Shown here piece after piece: positions 22,384 to 33,726 of a DNA stretch of 33,726 nucleotides (position 1 is its first letter; each line of letters begins with the position of its first letter). A program made the translations under genes and the position numbers. A model generated the notes under the pieces. That model was not told where the DNA came from. It was given only the letters and a program-made list of their open reading frames with translations, and ran no database searches. Origin of the DNA: Octopus bimaculoides (lineage: Eukaryota); the NCBI RefSeq assembly GCF_001194135.2, contig NC_068989.1, positions 39,665,964-39,699,689 of the forward strand, written 5' to 3'.

Positions 22384-22469
22384 ATGTCTGTGAATGACTT
22401 ACCAACAGATGACAAATTCTTTGATAACAACATGGAAGAAAACCAATCTCAAGAATCAGATAATTTTGA
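22384..22469 (+). CDS. Candidate first coding exon of an unidentified gene: MSVNDLPTDDKFFDNNMEENQSQESDNF (phase 2)
   Basis: Acceptor ttctatccatttag ends at 22347; ATG at 22384 in aaaATGt; open frame to donor ga|gtgagt at 22470; not repeat-like. Confidence 0.4.
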
Positions 22470-22611
22470 GTGAGTAAAGGTTTTGTCAAATTTGGTTCTC
22501 ATTGGAAACTTTTAGATGCTTTTATAACGGTCTGGGTCACACAACAACATCTGTTAATATATTTCAAACAAAGTTCTAAACATGAAAATATTGTTTAAAA
22601 TCTTGGTTTAA

Positions 22612-22823
22612 CTCTTAAGCATTCAGATTCAAATGTAATGCTAATTTATTCACATTGTTTTGAATTAATCATCATTATCTCATAGCTTTGAGATTTCGAT
22701 GAGGTGATTGTTTATTTTTAGAATGACAATGTAGGGTATATGTGAATGGATGGATTTGGCTAGTTTAAATCTAAAACATGTAGAATATTTGGGTTGGATA
22801 TGGCCAGTTTCAATGCTAAATGG
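22612..22823 (-). mobile_element. piggyBac-type MITE, same family as 4593-4887, inverted
   Basis: TTAA at 22608-22611 and 22824-22827; agcattcagatt / aatgctaaa.gg ends. Confidence 0.75.
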
Positions 22824-22889
22824 TTAATGTAACATCATAATGACCTTTGACTCGGTACCTTACTACGATTGGTTTTATCTACTCTGGAA

Positions 22890-23655
22890 TGGAATTTTCA
22901 TGCTTATTTCTTAATGTGAAATGCAGTATAGATTTGGCCACGCAGGGCCAAACACATAGGGAACAATACAATGTAGAATTTTTCTTTTTCGAAATCGATC
23001 AAAAGGGAATGAAAGACTTTTTTTTGGACGTGTAAACAGGGAAATAACACAAAAGTCATTGTTAACAATAAGAGTTCCCAATAAGTGGAGGAAATGTAAC
23101 ATTAACTAGGTTTATCCATGGAAAAAAATTTTATGTAAAAGAACCACGGTAACCTTGGGAATGAAAAGGAAAAAACATTAACATGAGAGCAAGGTGCTCT
23201 TTCTTTCTTTGATTTATAGGTTCATGCTCAAGGTGGTTCCATCATTTATTTGTGCCATCCTTGCCACATTCACCCACCTTTTATTGAACCTTTCACTAGA
23301 CAAAACTCCCCTCTCTATTCTCACCTTCCTCTTCAAGTGATACTTCAAGAAGTTTATGAGAGGAAAGTGTTTGTCTCTAAATCTTCCACACAAGTTCACC
23401 ACACACATTCTTTCACCATAGCCACCAGTACAATGGAAACTGCCTTGCCTTCCTGGTTAAAGGTGGCAATATTCATGATAGACTCAGCTGACAACTGAAT
23501 TCGTCCCACACATGACACCAGCCGTTCGACATAAGCCCACAGGTCTGAAATGTTTGGACATTGCACGAGTATGTGCAGAACGGTATCATCATTCTGACTG
23601 CATCTTGGGCAAGTCAGTCCAGTGTTTTTTGAACTGTGCCTATTTAGTCTGAGTC
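22890..23655 (-). mobile_element. Tx1/L1-like LINE 3' end
   Basis: CPRCSQNDDTVLHILVQC (C-x2-C-x8-H-x4-C), then LWAYVE..VKECVW..RFNKRWVNV..MNL*, followed by a T-rich UTR. Confidence 0.8.
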
Positions 23656-24249
23656 ATCTCTGATCTTAGTAGACTTATAATCAAAGGCATTTCAGTCATG
23701 ACCATCCCATTAATTTTTATAACTATGTAGTCCAACTTGTCTTTCCAATTTAAAGATGACAGACTGTTATTTGAGAATATTTAGCACCTTTTTCTAGCAG
23801 ATTTATTGATTGCTTAGAGGCTGCCTCATTTCTTTAAAAAGAGAAAGGGACTGGCACTTTGGTTCAGTTGTTGTTGCTGTTGTTTAGCCTCAGACCAACC
23901 CTGAGGATCAGTTACAACATGTTCTGTCCTGTTAACCATTGGCTATTTGTATGTTCATGTCCTGGTGTTAACTAAAGACAAGGAATAGCATTGAAGTTGG
24001 TATCAAAGTGTTCAGTTCCTTGTTGTGGTGATGCATATGTGTCTCTGTATTTGCATGCAAGTGTGTGTGTGTGTGTGTAAGTGAGTGTAAATACTGGTTT
24101 AAGTACTTTCAATAATTAAAGTTTATTTAATAGCCATAGGTTTACACTGACTTATTCCCAAGTGGTGTGAGATTAATGCCTGATAGCTAAATAATAATAC
24201 TCTTCAGTCAGTTCATACTCATATCATTTTAATTATGCTAGTGAGCACT

Positions 24250-24960
24250 TTCATGTTTTAGTCAATTTTATATTATTTATATTATTTGAGATGTCTTTAG
24301 ATGAAATATTTGTTTGAATTTATTTTCTGTAATCAATAGTTATTGATCTATGCTGATTTATTCCTACGTTGGGTTGTTTTAAGTCAATTGAAGCCTGATA
24401 GTTAAAGTGATATATTATTCTGCCAGTTTATGTTTGGTTCATTTTAATTATGTTTACATGTTCCAAATATATATGTTATAGATTGTGCAGTAGCAATGAC
24501 TATTAGTCTGTGTTTTTAATTATTTTATGTTTGAAGTTCTTGGTTGGTTATTCATTAGGTTAGTATTATTTTCCATTTCACGTATTGGTAACATATGTCT
24601 TCAATTAGGTTCAGTAAATTTTGCTCAATATATTTGTTTTGCTAGAGTGATTGAATAATTCTTATGGTAACAGCGTCCTTTTTGAAGATATTTCTGCTTT
24701 ATGTTGTATTTTGATCTTTGTGTTTCATAGCTACTGATATGAAATGCTTCATGTTTGAGGTTTGATGTTTGTATTTGTCATAAAAAGCAGGTGTAGTTGT
24801 AATGGACATAATGTGCTAATGTTTCCCTCTTCATTTTTGTTCATTAATTCTTAAGCAGTGTTTATATTTGTAACACTATTGACACCACCATATTGAATGG
24901 TACTGCTTAGGTGTCAAAACCATAATGATATCCATTAGGCTGCTGATAGCAGGAATCTAT
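24250..24960 (-). mobile_element. Probable highly decayed Penelope-like element (GIY-YIG-like remnant)
   Basis: Minus frame GRCYHKNY..KQIY..FTE..ENNTNL..NIK* loosely follows a PLE endonuclease; its end is shared with 21519-21590. Confidence 0.4.
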
Positions 24961-25224
24961 GTTTGAAATACTTGTTGTTTGTGAATACTTTATATCTTGT
25001 GTTTTCTTTGTTTTAACTTGTCCTTCTTCTTGTTGAGTTGATATTGTAACAGTTCTTGCTTTCTTGGTTTATGGTGGTTCTGTTCTTTATATTAAACCAC
25101 ACACTGAAAATGCATGGTTGTCCTTTATTGGGATGCTGTTTATGACTAGGGCTATACTTATTTAAAGACTTCTGGTTTAGAGAGGGCTTGTTGCAAATAT
25201 CTGTATATTCTGTCCTTGCCTCTT

Positions 25225-25570
25225 CATCTCTGCCTTGCATGTTACTTGGTGACCCTGCCAGTGTTTGGTGCCACATCAAAAACATCCAGACCACACTGTA
25301 ATGTGGTTGGTGCTTGGAATGGCAACCAGCCATAAAAACCATGCCAAAACTGACCTTGCCTGTGCTTGTGCCACGTGAAAAGCACTCAGTCCACTCTGAA
25401 GAGTGGTTAGTGTTAGGAAGGGCATCAATCTGTAAAAACCCTGCCAAAACAGCCCCAGAAGTATATTGCAGGCTTCTGCCTAGTCAGCTCCTATCAAACC
25501 ATTCATCCCATGGAAGGCAGACATTAAATGAAGATAATGATGATGATGATGATGTGCATGATGATGATAA
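25225..25570 (+). mobile_element. RTE-tailed repeat (family C)
   Basis: Inverted homologue of 18974-19310; (GAT)n tail. Confidence 0.8.
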
Positions 25571-25824
25571 TACACTCTCTCAGTGGCATGCATATGGGTA
25601 TACACAGTTTACAGGGAGAAATTTTTCTCTTCTGATTGCAATGACTGTAATGACACTAACGACAAGCTGTATTGGTTCAAGTTGGTAGCATATCGATAGC
25701 GAAGAGAGAGAAGACTTACATTCATGGGCAATTGCATGGTCAACCTCAATCAATACTGGTTCGGTATTAAATAATTGTCTTCTTTTTTGAACGCAAATAA
25801 AATATATTAAATATAATTTTTTAT

Positions 25825-25932
25825 AGGTGCTTTGCAATCACATGGGTTTTGAGTTTAGTCTCCTACACTGAGCCCAAGTTGACCAATGGTTTGTGAGTGA
25901 ATTTGGTTATAGAAACTGCATGGAAGCCTGTC
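25825..25932 (+). mobile_element. SINE family B fragment
   Basis: gaccaatggtttgtgagtgaatttggt...gaaactg..ggaagcc. Confidence 0.6.
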
Positions 25933-25961
25933 ACACACATGCCTGTGTCTGTGCGTGCGTG

Positions 25962-25999
<38 letters not shown>

Positions 26000-26046
26000 T
26001 ATATGTATATATGTGTTTATATATATATGTATAAATATGTATTTAT

Positions 26047-26194
26047 GTCATCATCATAATCATTTAACATCTGCCTTTCATGCTGGCATGGGTTGGATGG
26101 TTTGACTGGAGATGACCAAATAGAACACTACACCAAGCTATGCTACTGTTTCTGTTTTGGCATGGTTGTTATGGCTGGAAGCCCTTCCTAACAC

Positions 26195-26198
<4 letters not shown>
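26047..26198 (-). mobile_element. RTE-tailed repeat (family C) fragment
   Basis: catttaacatctgcctttcatgctggcatgggttgg...cccttcctaacaccaac. Confidence 0.75.
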
Positions 26199-26240
<42 letters not shown>

Positions 26241-26424
26241 GTATATAAATGTATGTATATTAATAAATATATATGAATGTATGNNNNNNNNNNNNNNNNN
26301 NNNNNNNNNNNNNNNNNNNNNNNNNNNNNNNNNNNNNNNNNNNNNNNNNNNNNNNNNNNNNNNNNNNNNNNNNNNNNNNNNNNNNNNNNNNNNNNNNNNN
26401 NNNNNNNNNNNNNNNNNNNNNNNN

Positions 26425-26457
<33 letters not shown>

Positions 26458-26477
26458 GTACATACACACACACACAC

Positions 26478-26632
26478 ATCTGAAATTTGGGGGTGGGAGC
26501 TTGTCAATTACATTGATTCCAGTGCGTAACAGGTGCTTATTTCATCGATGCCAAAAGGATGAGAGGTAGAGTCGACCTCAGCAGAATTTGAACTCAGAAC
26601 ATAAAGACAAATCTGCCAGCTCACAACCTTAA
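26478..26632 (-). mobile_element. SINE family A, internally deleted
   Basis: gtcgacctcagcagaatttgaactcagaac core. Confidence 0.75.
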
Positions 26633-26639
26633 TAGTATT

Positions 26640-27000
26640 AATAATAACAATGATTTCTTTTACTGGCTACAAGGGCCCAAGACATGGAGGACAATATTGA
26701 GGGATGAGTTACAGCACACAAAAACAAGACATAAACAAAATATACAAAAACAAAAAATACAAAAACAAAACAAAAATAAAAACAGGTGGGATTTACATTG
26801 ATTAAAGGGAGATACTACCACATTAAGGGATATAACAAAGGATATATAAAAAAAAAATTAGAAAAATAAATGATAAATAAATAAATAATTAGAATCCCCA
26901 ATAGTGGGACAGTCTACTTAGAATAATCCGGGCTAAACCCCAGACAAAAATCCTGGATTACTCTGCCATCCCCAAGATATAGGAAAGTGCCCTCTTCCAA
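26640..27000 (-). mobile_element. Probable LINE 3' UTR fragment
   Basis: T-rich minus strand ending gccagtaaaagaaatcattgttattatt; AAT repeats on both sides. Confidence 0.35.
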
Positions 27001-27009
27001 ATAATAGTC

Positions 27010-27044
<35 letters not shown>

Positions 27045-27046
27045 TT

Positions 27047-27233
27047 TAACACAAGGCCAGCAATTTCAGGGGAGAGAGTAAGTTGAATACATTGACCCCC
27101 CACCCCAATGTCCAACTGTTACTTATTCTATTGGCCCTTAAAAGATGAAAAGCAAAGTTGACCTTGACAGAATTTGAACTCAGAATGTGAAGATGGATGA
27201 AATGCCACTAAGCATTTTGCCTGGTGTGCTAAA
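27047..27233 (-). mobile_element. SINE family A
   Basis: cacaaggcc...aaagttgaccttgacagaatttgaactcag...ctaagcattttgcc. Confidence 0.8.
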
Positions 27234-28258
27234 TAATAATAATAATAAAGATTCAATGCCAACAGTTTTTTCTGGGAAGCGATTAGTTGATGCCATCAAC
27301 CCCGGATAATTTCTAACAATAAGCATCAGGCTACAAGTTGTATAGGGAAGGTATAGTTGATTAGATTTCCCCTAGTACATGGCTGGAACTTATTTTGCCC
27401 TCTCCAGAAGAATGAAAAGCAATTTCAGTTTCCCCTAGATTTGAACTTACAATATAAAGGTAATTAAAACTAAATACCACAAAGAATTTAATACATTAAT
27501 ACATTATGGATTCTTCTGACCATAACTAATGGCTCTATTTCTATAAATTCCATTAGAAATATTGATCAGTCATCATTATCTCTTAATAATGCTTACGAAC
27601 CAATAGAAAAAATAAATATTTTAAATAATTTATTGTCTCAATTAACTTGAAAGCATTTTAATTTATAATGTAAAGGTTTTAATTTTTTAATTAACAAATA
27701 TCAATTTGATTGTGTTTTTGTTTGTTTTCTTATCTGTTTCTTTTTCATTTAATTTTGTTTTCACCCCCAGAGAATTAACAATAAATTAATAGTCACCATA
27801 AAATTATTGAACCTTCCTCAAACAATAATACCTTTTGCGGGATTTCAAAAAAAAATATTATTATTATATTACAATAATTAAATATTGAACACTTAAAATT
27901 TGTTTTTTCCTCTCTATATATTAAAAACAAAGAAATATTTATATTAAAAATCTGTTTTTTTTTTCTGCTTCCCTTGAAATTTTACCTGAATGTATAAGTG
28001 TGTGTGTCTGTATGTGTGTGAGTGTTAATGTGTATATATGTGTATGTATGTGTGTATGTATTTATGTGATAGTGCTTGTGTGAATCTCTTCACTGCACAC
28101 ATACATACATGCATAAATATGTACACACATGCATACATATACATGCACACATTCCTGACATTTTCGCATTTTAATGTTCAAACACAGTACCCACACTGTT
28201 CTCTGCCATCATCTTCTCTCATCATTATCACTAACATTATAATTATCATCACCATCAT

Positions 28259-28323
<65 letters not shown>

Positions 28324-29573
28324 CAGGGTGATCAGATGAAATGTAGACATATATTTATTCAATAACATCTTGATACAAAATGATATATCGAATTTAAATA
28401 TGCTGAAATAAAGCCCAGAAAATGTAAATTAAGATTATATATTTAATTTTCAATATATCCACCCTTGGTGGAGACTAACTGCCGGAGTCTGGGAACAATT
28501 TGGGAGCAAGTGACACAAACAATTACTTTGAAGATTTCGTCCCAGCATTTTTGCAAATGGTGCTCAAGAGCTCTGAGACTCCTGTGAGAAATAGCACTGG
28601 CTTTGCTCTCAAGGATAGACCATATGCCAAAGTCCATCAGATTCAAGTCAGGTGAAGGGTGGAGTGGGGTGGGGTGGGGGGCAGAACTCTTTCAACCAAA
28701 ACACCTTGAAATTCTCTCAACACCATTCTTGGACGTTTTTAGCTATATAAGATGTGCCATCCTGTTGAAGAATTACACCTTCATCCCCCATTGTTGCAAC
28801 AACCCAAGGGACTACTTTTAAGACATTAGGAGCACCTGCACAGACTCATATATGACAGATCAACAACATCAGCAATGTCGTTGATTGTCCTCTGAAGATA
28901 CTCATGCACAAGCTGATGAATTTTTCTCCCCATGTCCAAATAAACATGTTGGTTGATTTTTACACCCTCATCAATGAAGAATAAAAGGGTTTTCATGCCA
29001 TTTGAGGTCACACCTGCCCTCACCATTATGATGTAGGTTGCCAGAAGGATAATCTCTATTTGACTGGAATGTCCTCTTAATTTACTGCTTATCTTGTATG
29101 GGAATAACTGAAGGTCATTTTTCCAAGAAATTATGCATAGTTCCATAGCTTGTACCAGCTTCTAAAGTGAGTTCTCTGATACTTCTTTTTGGGTTTTGTC
29201 TGATCTTTTCTTTGGTGTTTTTGATGAGTTTTGCATTCTCACTGGTCAAGGTGGATTAGTTCTCACTCTTGGTAAGCTAGAACCAGTCTCTTTTATTCAT
29301 TTGACTACTTTGTAGACTCCTGATCTGCTGAGAATGGGTTTCAAAATCTTGAAAATCTTGCTAGGGGTTTTTCCTTTCCTGAATAAACCTTCAATTGGTT
29401 TACTTACTCCACTCATACAAGCTTAAATACTAGCTTCAAGTATATTAAATTTCAAGTATAAATTAGCTTCTATACTACTTTAGATGTTAAGAGTATTAAA
29501 TTTCTAAAATAAGAAAAGAAATGATAAATAAATTTAAGTAAAATAAATATCTACACTTGGGTTGATCACCCTG
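28324..29573 (-). mobile_element. Defective Tc1/mariner, maT/DD37D-like
   Basis: TA|cagggtgatca...tgatcaccctg|TA; LFPYKI, FFIDEGVKINQHVYLDM, LQQDG, SPDLNLMDFGIWSILESK; stops and frameshifts. Confidence 0.88.
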
Positions 29574-29635
29574 TATATAAATATAGAATTATACACTTGG
29601 GTTGATCACCCTGTATATATATGTATGTGTGTGTA

Positions 29636-29862
29636 TATGTTTGTGTGTCTGTGTTGTCCCCTCCCCCCAACATCACTTCACAACCAATGCTGGTGTGTTT
29701 ACGTCCCCGTAACTTAGCAGTTCGGCAAAAAGAGACCGATAGAATAAGTACTAGGTATACAAAGAATAAGTCCTGTGGTCGATTTGCTCGACTAAAGGTG
29801 GTGTTCCAGCATGGCCACAGTCAAATGACTGAAACAAATAAAAGAGTAAAAGAGAGTAAAGA
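29636..29862 (+). mobile_element. SINE family B, 3' half
   Basis: tttacgtccccgtaacttagcagttcggcaaaaagagaccgatagaataagtac...ccagcatggcc..atgactgaaac. Confidence 0.85.
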
Positions 29863-29884
29863 GTATACATTTATATATATATTT

Positions 29885-30072
29885 CATTTTTGTATTTATT
29901 TTGCAAGATTCTTTATATGAATTCGTGTGTTGAGGCATGTTTTATTGTGTCTGGGGAGAGTCATTCTGTTTAATATCTTATTAATTAACACACTCACTCA
30001 TTCGATTTCCACCCAATTACTTATTTATTTTTTCTAAAATTTTCATTGCTTCTTGCAACCTCTTCAATAGTT
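29885..30072 (-). mobile_element. Penelope-LTR-like repeat ending in a minimal hammerhead-like motif (30034-30070)
   Basis: Homologous to 17865; minus strand CTA-TTGAAGA-GGTTGC-AAGAA-GCAAT-GAAAATTT-TAG. Confidence 0.55.
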
Positions 30073-30074
30073 GT

Positions 30075-30750
30075 TGACTCTCAGCCTGGAGGAGATGCAT
30101 TTGCCACGAGTGTCACCCCTGGAAATGGGGAGAAAAATTCATGAGCTTGTGCATGAGTATCTTCAGAAGACAATCAATGACATTGCTGATGTTGTTGATC
30201 TGTCATATGGGTCTGTGCAGGTGCTCCTAATGTCTTAATTGAACATGTGGAGTATCACTGCTAAGTTTGTACCTCACCTGCTGATGACTGAGCAGAAAGA
30301 ACATCGTGTTGAAGTCTGTCAACATTTCCGTCAGTGTGCCACTGTTGACCTCTCCTTCATGTTGAAGATTATCAATGGTGATGAGAGTTGGGTCTATGGG
30401 TACGACCCTGAGACAAAGCAGCAGTCATCACAATGGCAGGGCCCTTCATCTCATAGCTAAAGAAGGCACAACAGAGTAATAACTCAAACAAGAGCATGAT
30501 TGTTATTTTTTACAACATCCATGGTGTTAAGCATTGAGAATTTGTCCTCCAGGGCTGTCAATTGAAAGGTCTACTGTGACATTTTAAAGCGTTTGAGGGA
30601 GGGCATTTGGCAAAAACAACCAGATCTGTGGAGCATGAATAATTGGATCCTTCACAGTGACAGTGCCTCCTATCACTGTGTTCTCCACACACATGTGTTT
30701 CTCATCAAAATCAACATGATATCACTTCCACACCCACCCTATTCGCACAA
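30075..30750 (+). mobile_element. Truncated mariner transposase pseudogene (second mariner family)
   Basis: KIHELVHE..TINDIADVV; AKFVPHLL..EQKEHRVEVCQ; INGDESWVYGYDPETKQQSSQW; WILHSD; LPHPPYS; no TIRs found. Confidence 0.88.
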
Positions 30751-31586
30751 TTACAATGGTTAATTCAAAGTACCACAAATTTCCAGCAATCTTTAATGTT
30801 GAGATGACAAAAACTGGATTACAAATTTGCTCAGAGCTCTGAAACAGGAAATCAGTGCCAAGAAATTGATGTGTTGAAAATATATGGGAGAACACCTATA
30901 TGTAATCAACTGTATTCAACCTATCTTGGCAGGTAAAAATGACACGACAACAGGTTGTAAAAAACAGCTGCAAGTACCATATTTCTAGTCAAAATTTTCA
31001 GACCAAAATTTACAGTCAAAAAAGGTAGGTTGACTTATACACCAAGCTGACTTTGAAGGACACAAAGTTCTATGTGAAATGTATCAGAATTTGGAAAGAT
31101 AGTGACAGTGCTTGAATATTTACACTACAACCAGTATATATTACATTGACTTGTGTGTGAGAAAATACAGTAACAGCCACATCCACAATGTATGCCAATA
31201 ATAATTATATTCTATCAACAAATTCCATTCAAATTCAAGCAATCGTTGCATAAACATTTAAAATTTTTTTTATTCTAGTAGACAAACTGCATATCATCAA
31301 AATCTCTAGTTTATTACTGGATTAGGAGATTTGTAAAGAAAAGACATTACAGGAATTTAAATCTTAATGAGTGCTAATTATTTTATCAATCACAGAAAGT
31401 TGAAAAATCAAATGTAAGGTTTGAACTCAGGATGTAAAGTGATGTACCTAGGTACCGCCAAGTACTGCTGTTTCTACCATTTAATTCAGCTTGTAATACT
31501 TGATTTAGTTGGTTGCATTGTTAGGTCTTCTGTCACAGAAAAAAATGTATGAAAGAAAAAAAAGGAGAGGAAACAGACACACACAC

Positions 31587-31624
<38 letters not shown>

Positions 31625-32284
31625 TTTGAAGCTGAAGCTATGCTGTGTGGAGTGACAGATAAAATGAGAAGGGAGGTGGAAAGGAAAAAGGGAACAATAT
31701 TGTTATACTGGTGTATAATCACACACGTAGATGCATGTGTGAGTGTGTACATGCGCGCGCGCGTGTGGTACTGAGAACTGCTGTTGTTTGTTGTCATAGT
31801 GGTGGTTGTGGTAGCAGTTATGGAAATTACAACAAATGTTTAGTAAAATAACAGAGAGATAGAGGGAGAAACAGTGGGAAGAAGAAACAAATGTTTGTTT
31901 AGGAAGGTTGTATAGATACATAATTATATGCACATGCACACATAGACATCCTGAGAAGTGTAATGATTTGACTTGTGGTAATGTTTGTATGTTTGGAGTG
32001 ATGTGAGTTAATGGAAGCGATTGTTATAAGGAGTTGATACTATAGAGTATATTTATTTCTTTTATTAGAATGAAATTTGTATTCAATAAAAATAAAAGAA
32101 ATTTCAGTTAATTACTTACATACACCTTAGTGATCATACTTATCTACTTTACATTATCGTTGTAAACTTCAACTTTCCAAAAGGAAAAAAGAAATGTTAA
32201 ATTTCTGTTATCTATAATATTATTCTTTATTCAACTGAAAGTAATACTATGGAATACTATGTAATGCTAGGAACCCTATAAGTT

Positions 32285-32667
32285 CAGTTATGGTTTTTCT
32301 GGTAAGAAGTTTGATTCCCAATCACATTGTTCCAGGTTCAGTCCCACTGTGTGGCAACTTGGGTAAGTATCTACTGCTATAACCCTAGGCTGACCGAAGT
32401 CTTGTGAATGGATTTGGTAGACAGAAACTGAAAGAAGTCTGTTTTATGTGTGTGTGTGTGTGTGCGTGCGTGTGTGTGCATGCATTTGACACAAAACAAT
32501 GCTTGACAACCTGTTTATGCTTCAGCAAAAAAGCAAAAAGAGATCAGAAGGATAAGTACCAAGCTTAAAAGTAAGAATTAGGATCAATTTGTTCAACTAA
32601 ACCCTTCAAGGTGACACCCCAGCATGGCCGCTGTCTAATGACTGAAACAAATAAACGATAAAAGATA
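32285..32667 (+). mobile_element. SINE family B, near full length with internal (TG)n
   Basis: ggttcagtcccactgtgtggcaacttgggtaagt core; 3' ccagcatggcc...atgactgaaac. Confidence 0.82.
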
Positions 32668-33161
32668 TATCTTATTAAGTTATTTATGCAATATCATTAC
32701 TTTGCTACAATATGAACTGAATCTCCCATTGACAGGTCACTTGTATGGGAGTTGTGGCTTATTAGATTAACACTTCTAATTCAGATGGTTGAAATTGAGA
32801 TGTCTTGGTGTAATCATAAAGTGGTTAGCACATTAAGGTTTATAAAAGATACAAGATTCAATTTTAGTAGGTAACATTTTCTCTTTTTTCTTATATACGT
32901 GTGTATATATATATATGTATGTGTGTTTGTGTGTACGCGCGCACACACACACACACACACGTATTGGTCCTTCAGTAGTCAAGGAGTTGACCATACATCC
33001 TGAATATGTTTGCACTGGTCTGGGCAAGATTTTTTTGAAGAAGACTGACACTAGTCTATGCATACAAGTCATTGCTTTCTATGATACCAAAGTTTAACCA
33101 AACGAAAGGCTACCAACATACATACACACATGCATATATACTTATATGCATGCATACATAC

Positions 33162-33346
33162 ATTAGTGGCACACTGAAGATTTGTAAGACATTTTGGATT
33201 CCAAAGATTATCCATCTTGGGTGTATGCATCAACAGCTCAACCAACACTCCAACTCAATCACATATTTATAAATTCTGGGAACTCTCTTAACTCAAAGTG
33301 GTTTGTTACTTTGTTAGTGACTGGCTTGAACTCTCTTGAGAAGAAC
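33162..33346 (+). mobile_element. R4-like RLE LINE 3' tip (copy e) inside CATA repeats
   Basis: ISGTLKICKTF plus a UTR homologous to copy c; junctions catacatac|attag...gagaagaac|catacatac. Confidence 0.8.
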
Positions 33347-33494
33347 CATACATACCTATATACATGCATGGTGGGAACCAACTCACAACCAATTGAAACT
33401 ACTTCATAAACTCAGAAAGTCTGTACAAATGTTCCAATAGTCCAATAAGTTTCTGTACATGAGTTTGTTTTGTACATTAAATTTGTATAGGAGC

Positions 33495-33726
33495 TGGAAA
33501 GCCCCCGGCCCATCAGGAATCACTGCAGAGATGCTCAAAATATCTGGCAGTGTTGGCTATAGCCTAGTCACCCATATTACGAATCAGGTGATACGCGAAG
33601 GAGTCATACCCAATGACTGGGGTAGCAGCATCATAGTCAACTGCTACAAAGGTAAAGGTGACGCTTTAGATACAAATAGTTACAGAGGCATCAAGCTGTT
33701 AGATCAGGTTATGAAAGTTACAGAGA
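33495..33726 (+). mobile_element. RTE-clade LINE RT region, 5'-truncated, running off the window
   Basis: KAPGPSGITAEMLK...IPNDWGSSIIVNCYKGKGDALDTNSYRGIKLLDQVMKVTE, open frame. Confidence 0.92.

Noticed and set aside
26138-26569. Multiple YI-repeat ORFs
   Set aside because: (TA)n plus N gap.
27720-27800. Strong acceptor ttttcacccccag as next exon of the 22348 gene
   Set aside because: The phase-2 frame stops after a few codons and no donor follows; it can only be settled with RNA data.
30995-31050. 23-nt micro-exon cag|...aag|gtaggt
   Set aside because: The gttgacttatacac context resembles a DNA-transposon end fragment.

Overview
This is AT-rich, CpG-poor eukaryotic non-coding DNA with many microsatellites and several N gaps. 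The SINE and LINE families resemble those described in octopus, so a cephalopod source is likely (inferred from repeats only). No intact, recognisable host gene is present, and most listed ORFs are microsatellite, gap or transposon artefacts. The window holds mostly dead mobile elements: R4/Dong-like RLE LINEs (one set in (AAT)n, another in (CATA)n), RTE, HERO, Tx1/L1-like and probable Penelope remnants, three Tc1/mariner copies, three TTAA/piggyBac-type MITEs and many tRNA-derived SINEs. Best leads: (1) a complete set of hammerhead core motifs in an unusual crossed (pseudoknotted) order in the HERO 3' UTR; (2) a head-to-tail array of R4-like LINEs apparently targeting (CATA)n; (3) several local templated duplications, including a ~370-bp inverted repeat pair; (4) a minimal, dimer-type hammerhead in a Penelope-like repeat; (5) an orphan candidate ATG exon at 22348-22469. 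Percent identities are by-eye estimates, and coordinates of decayed elements are approximate.
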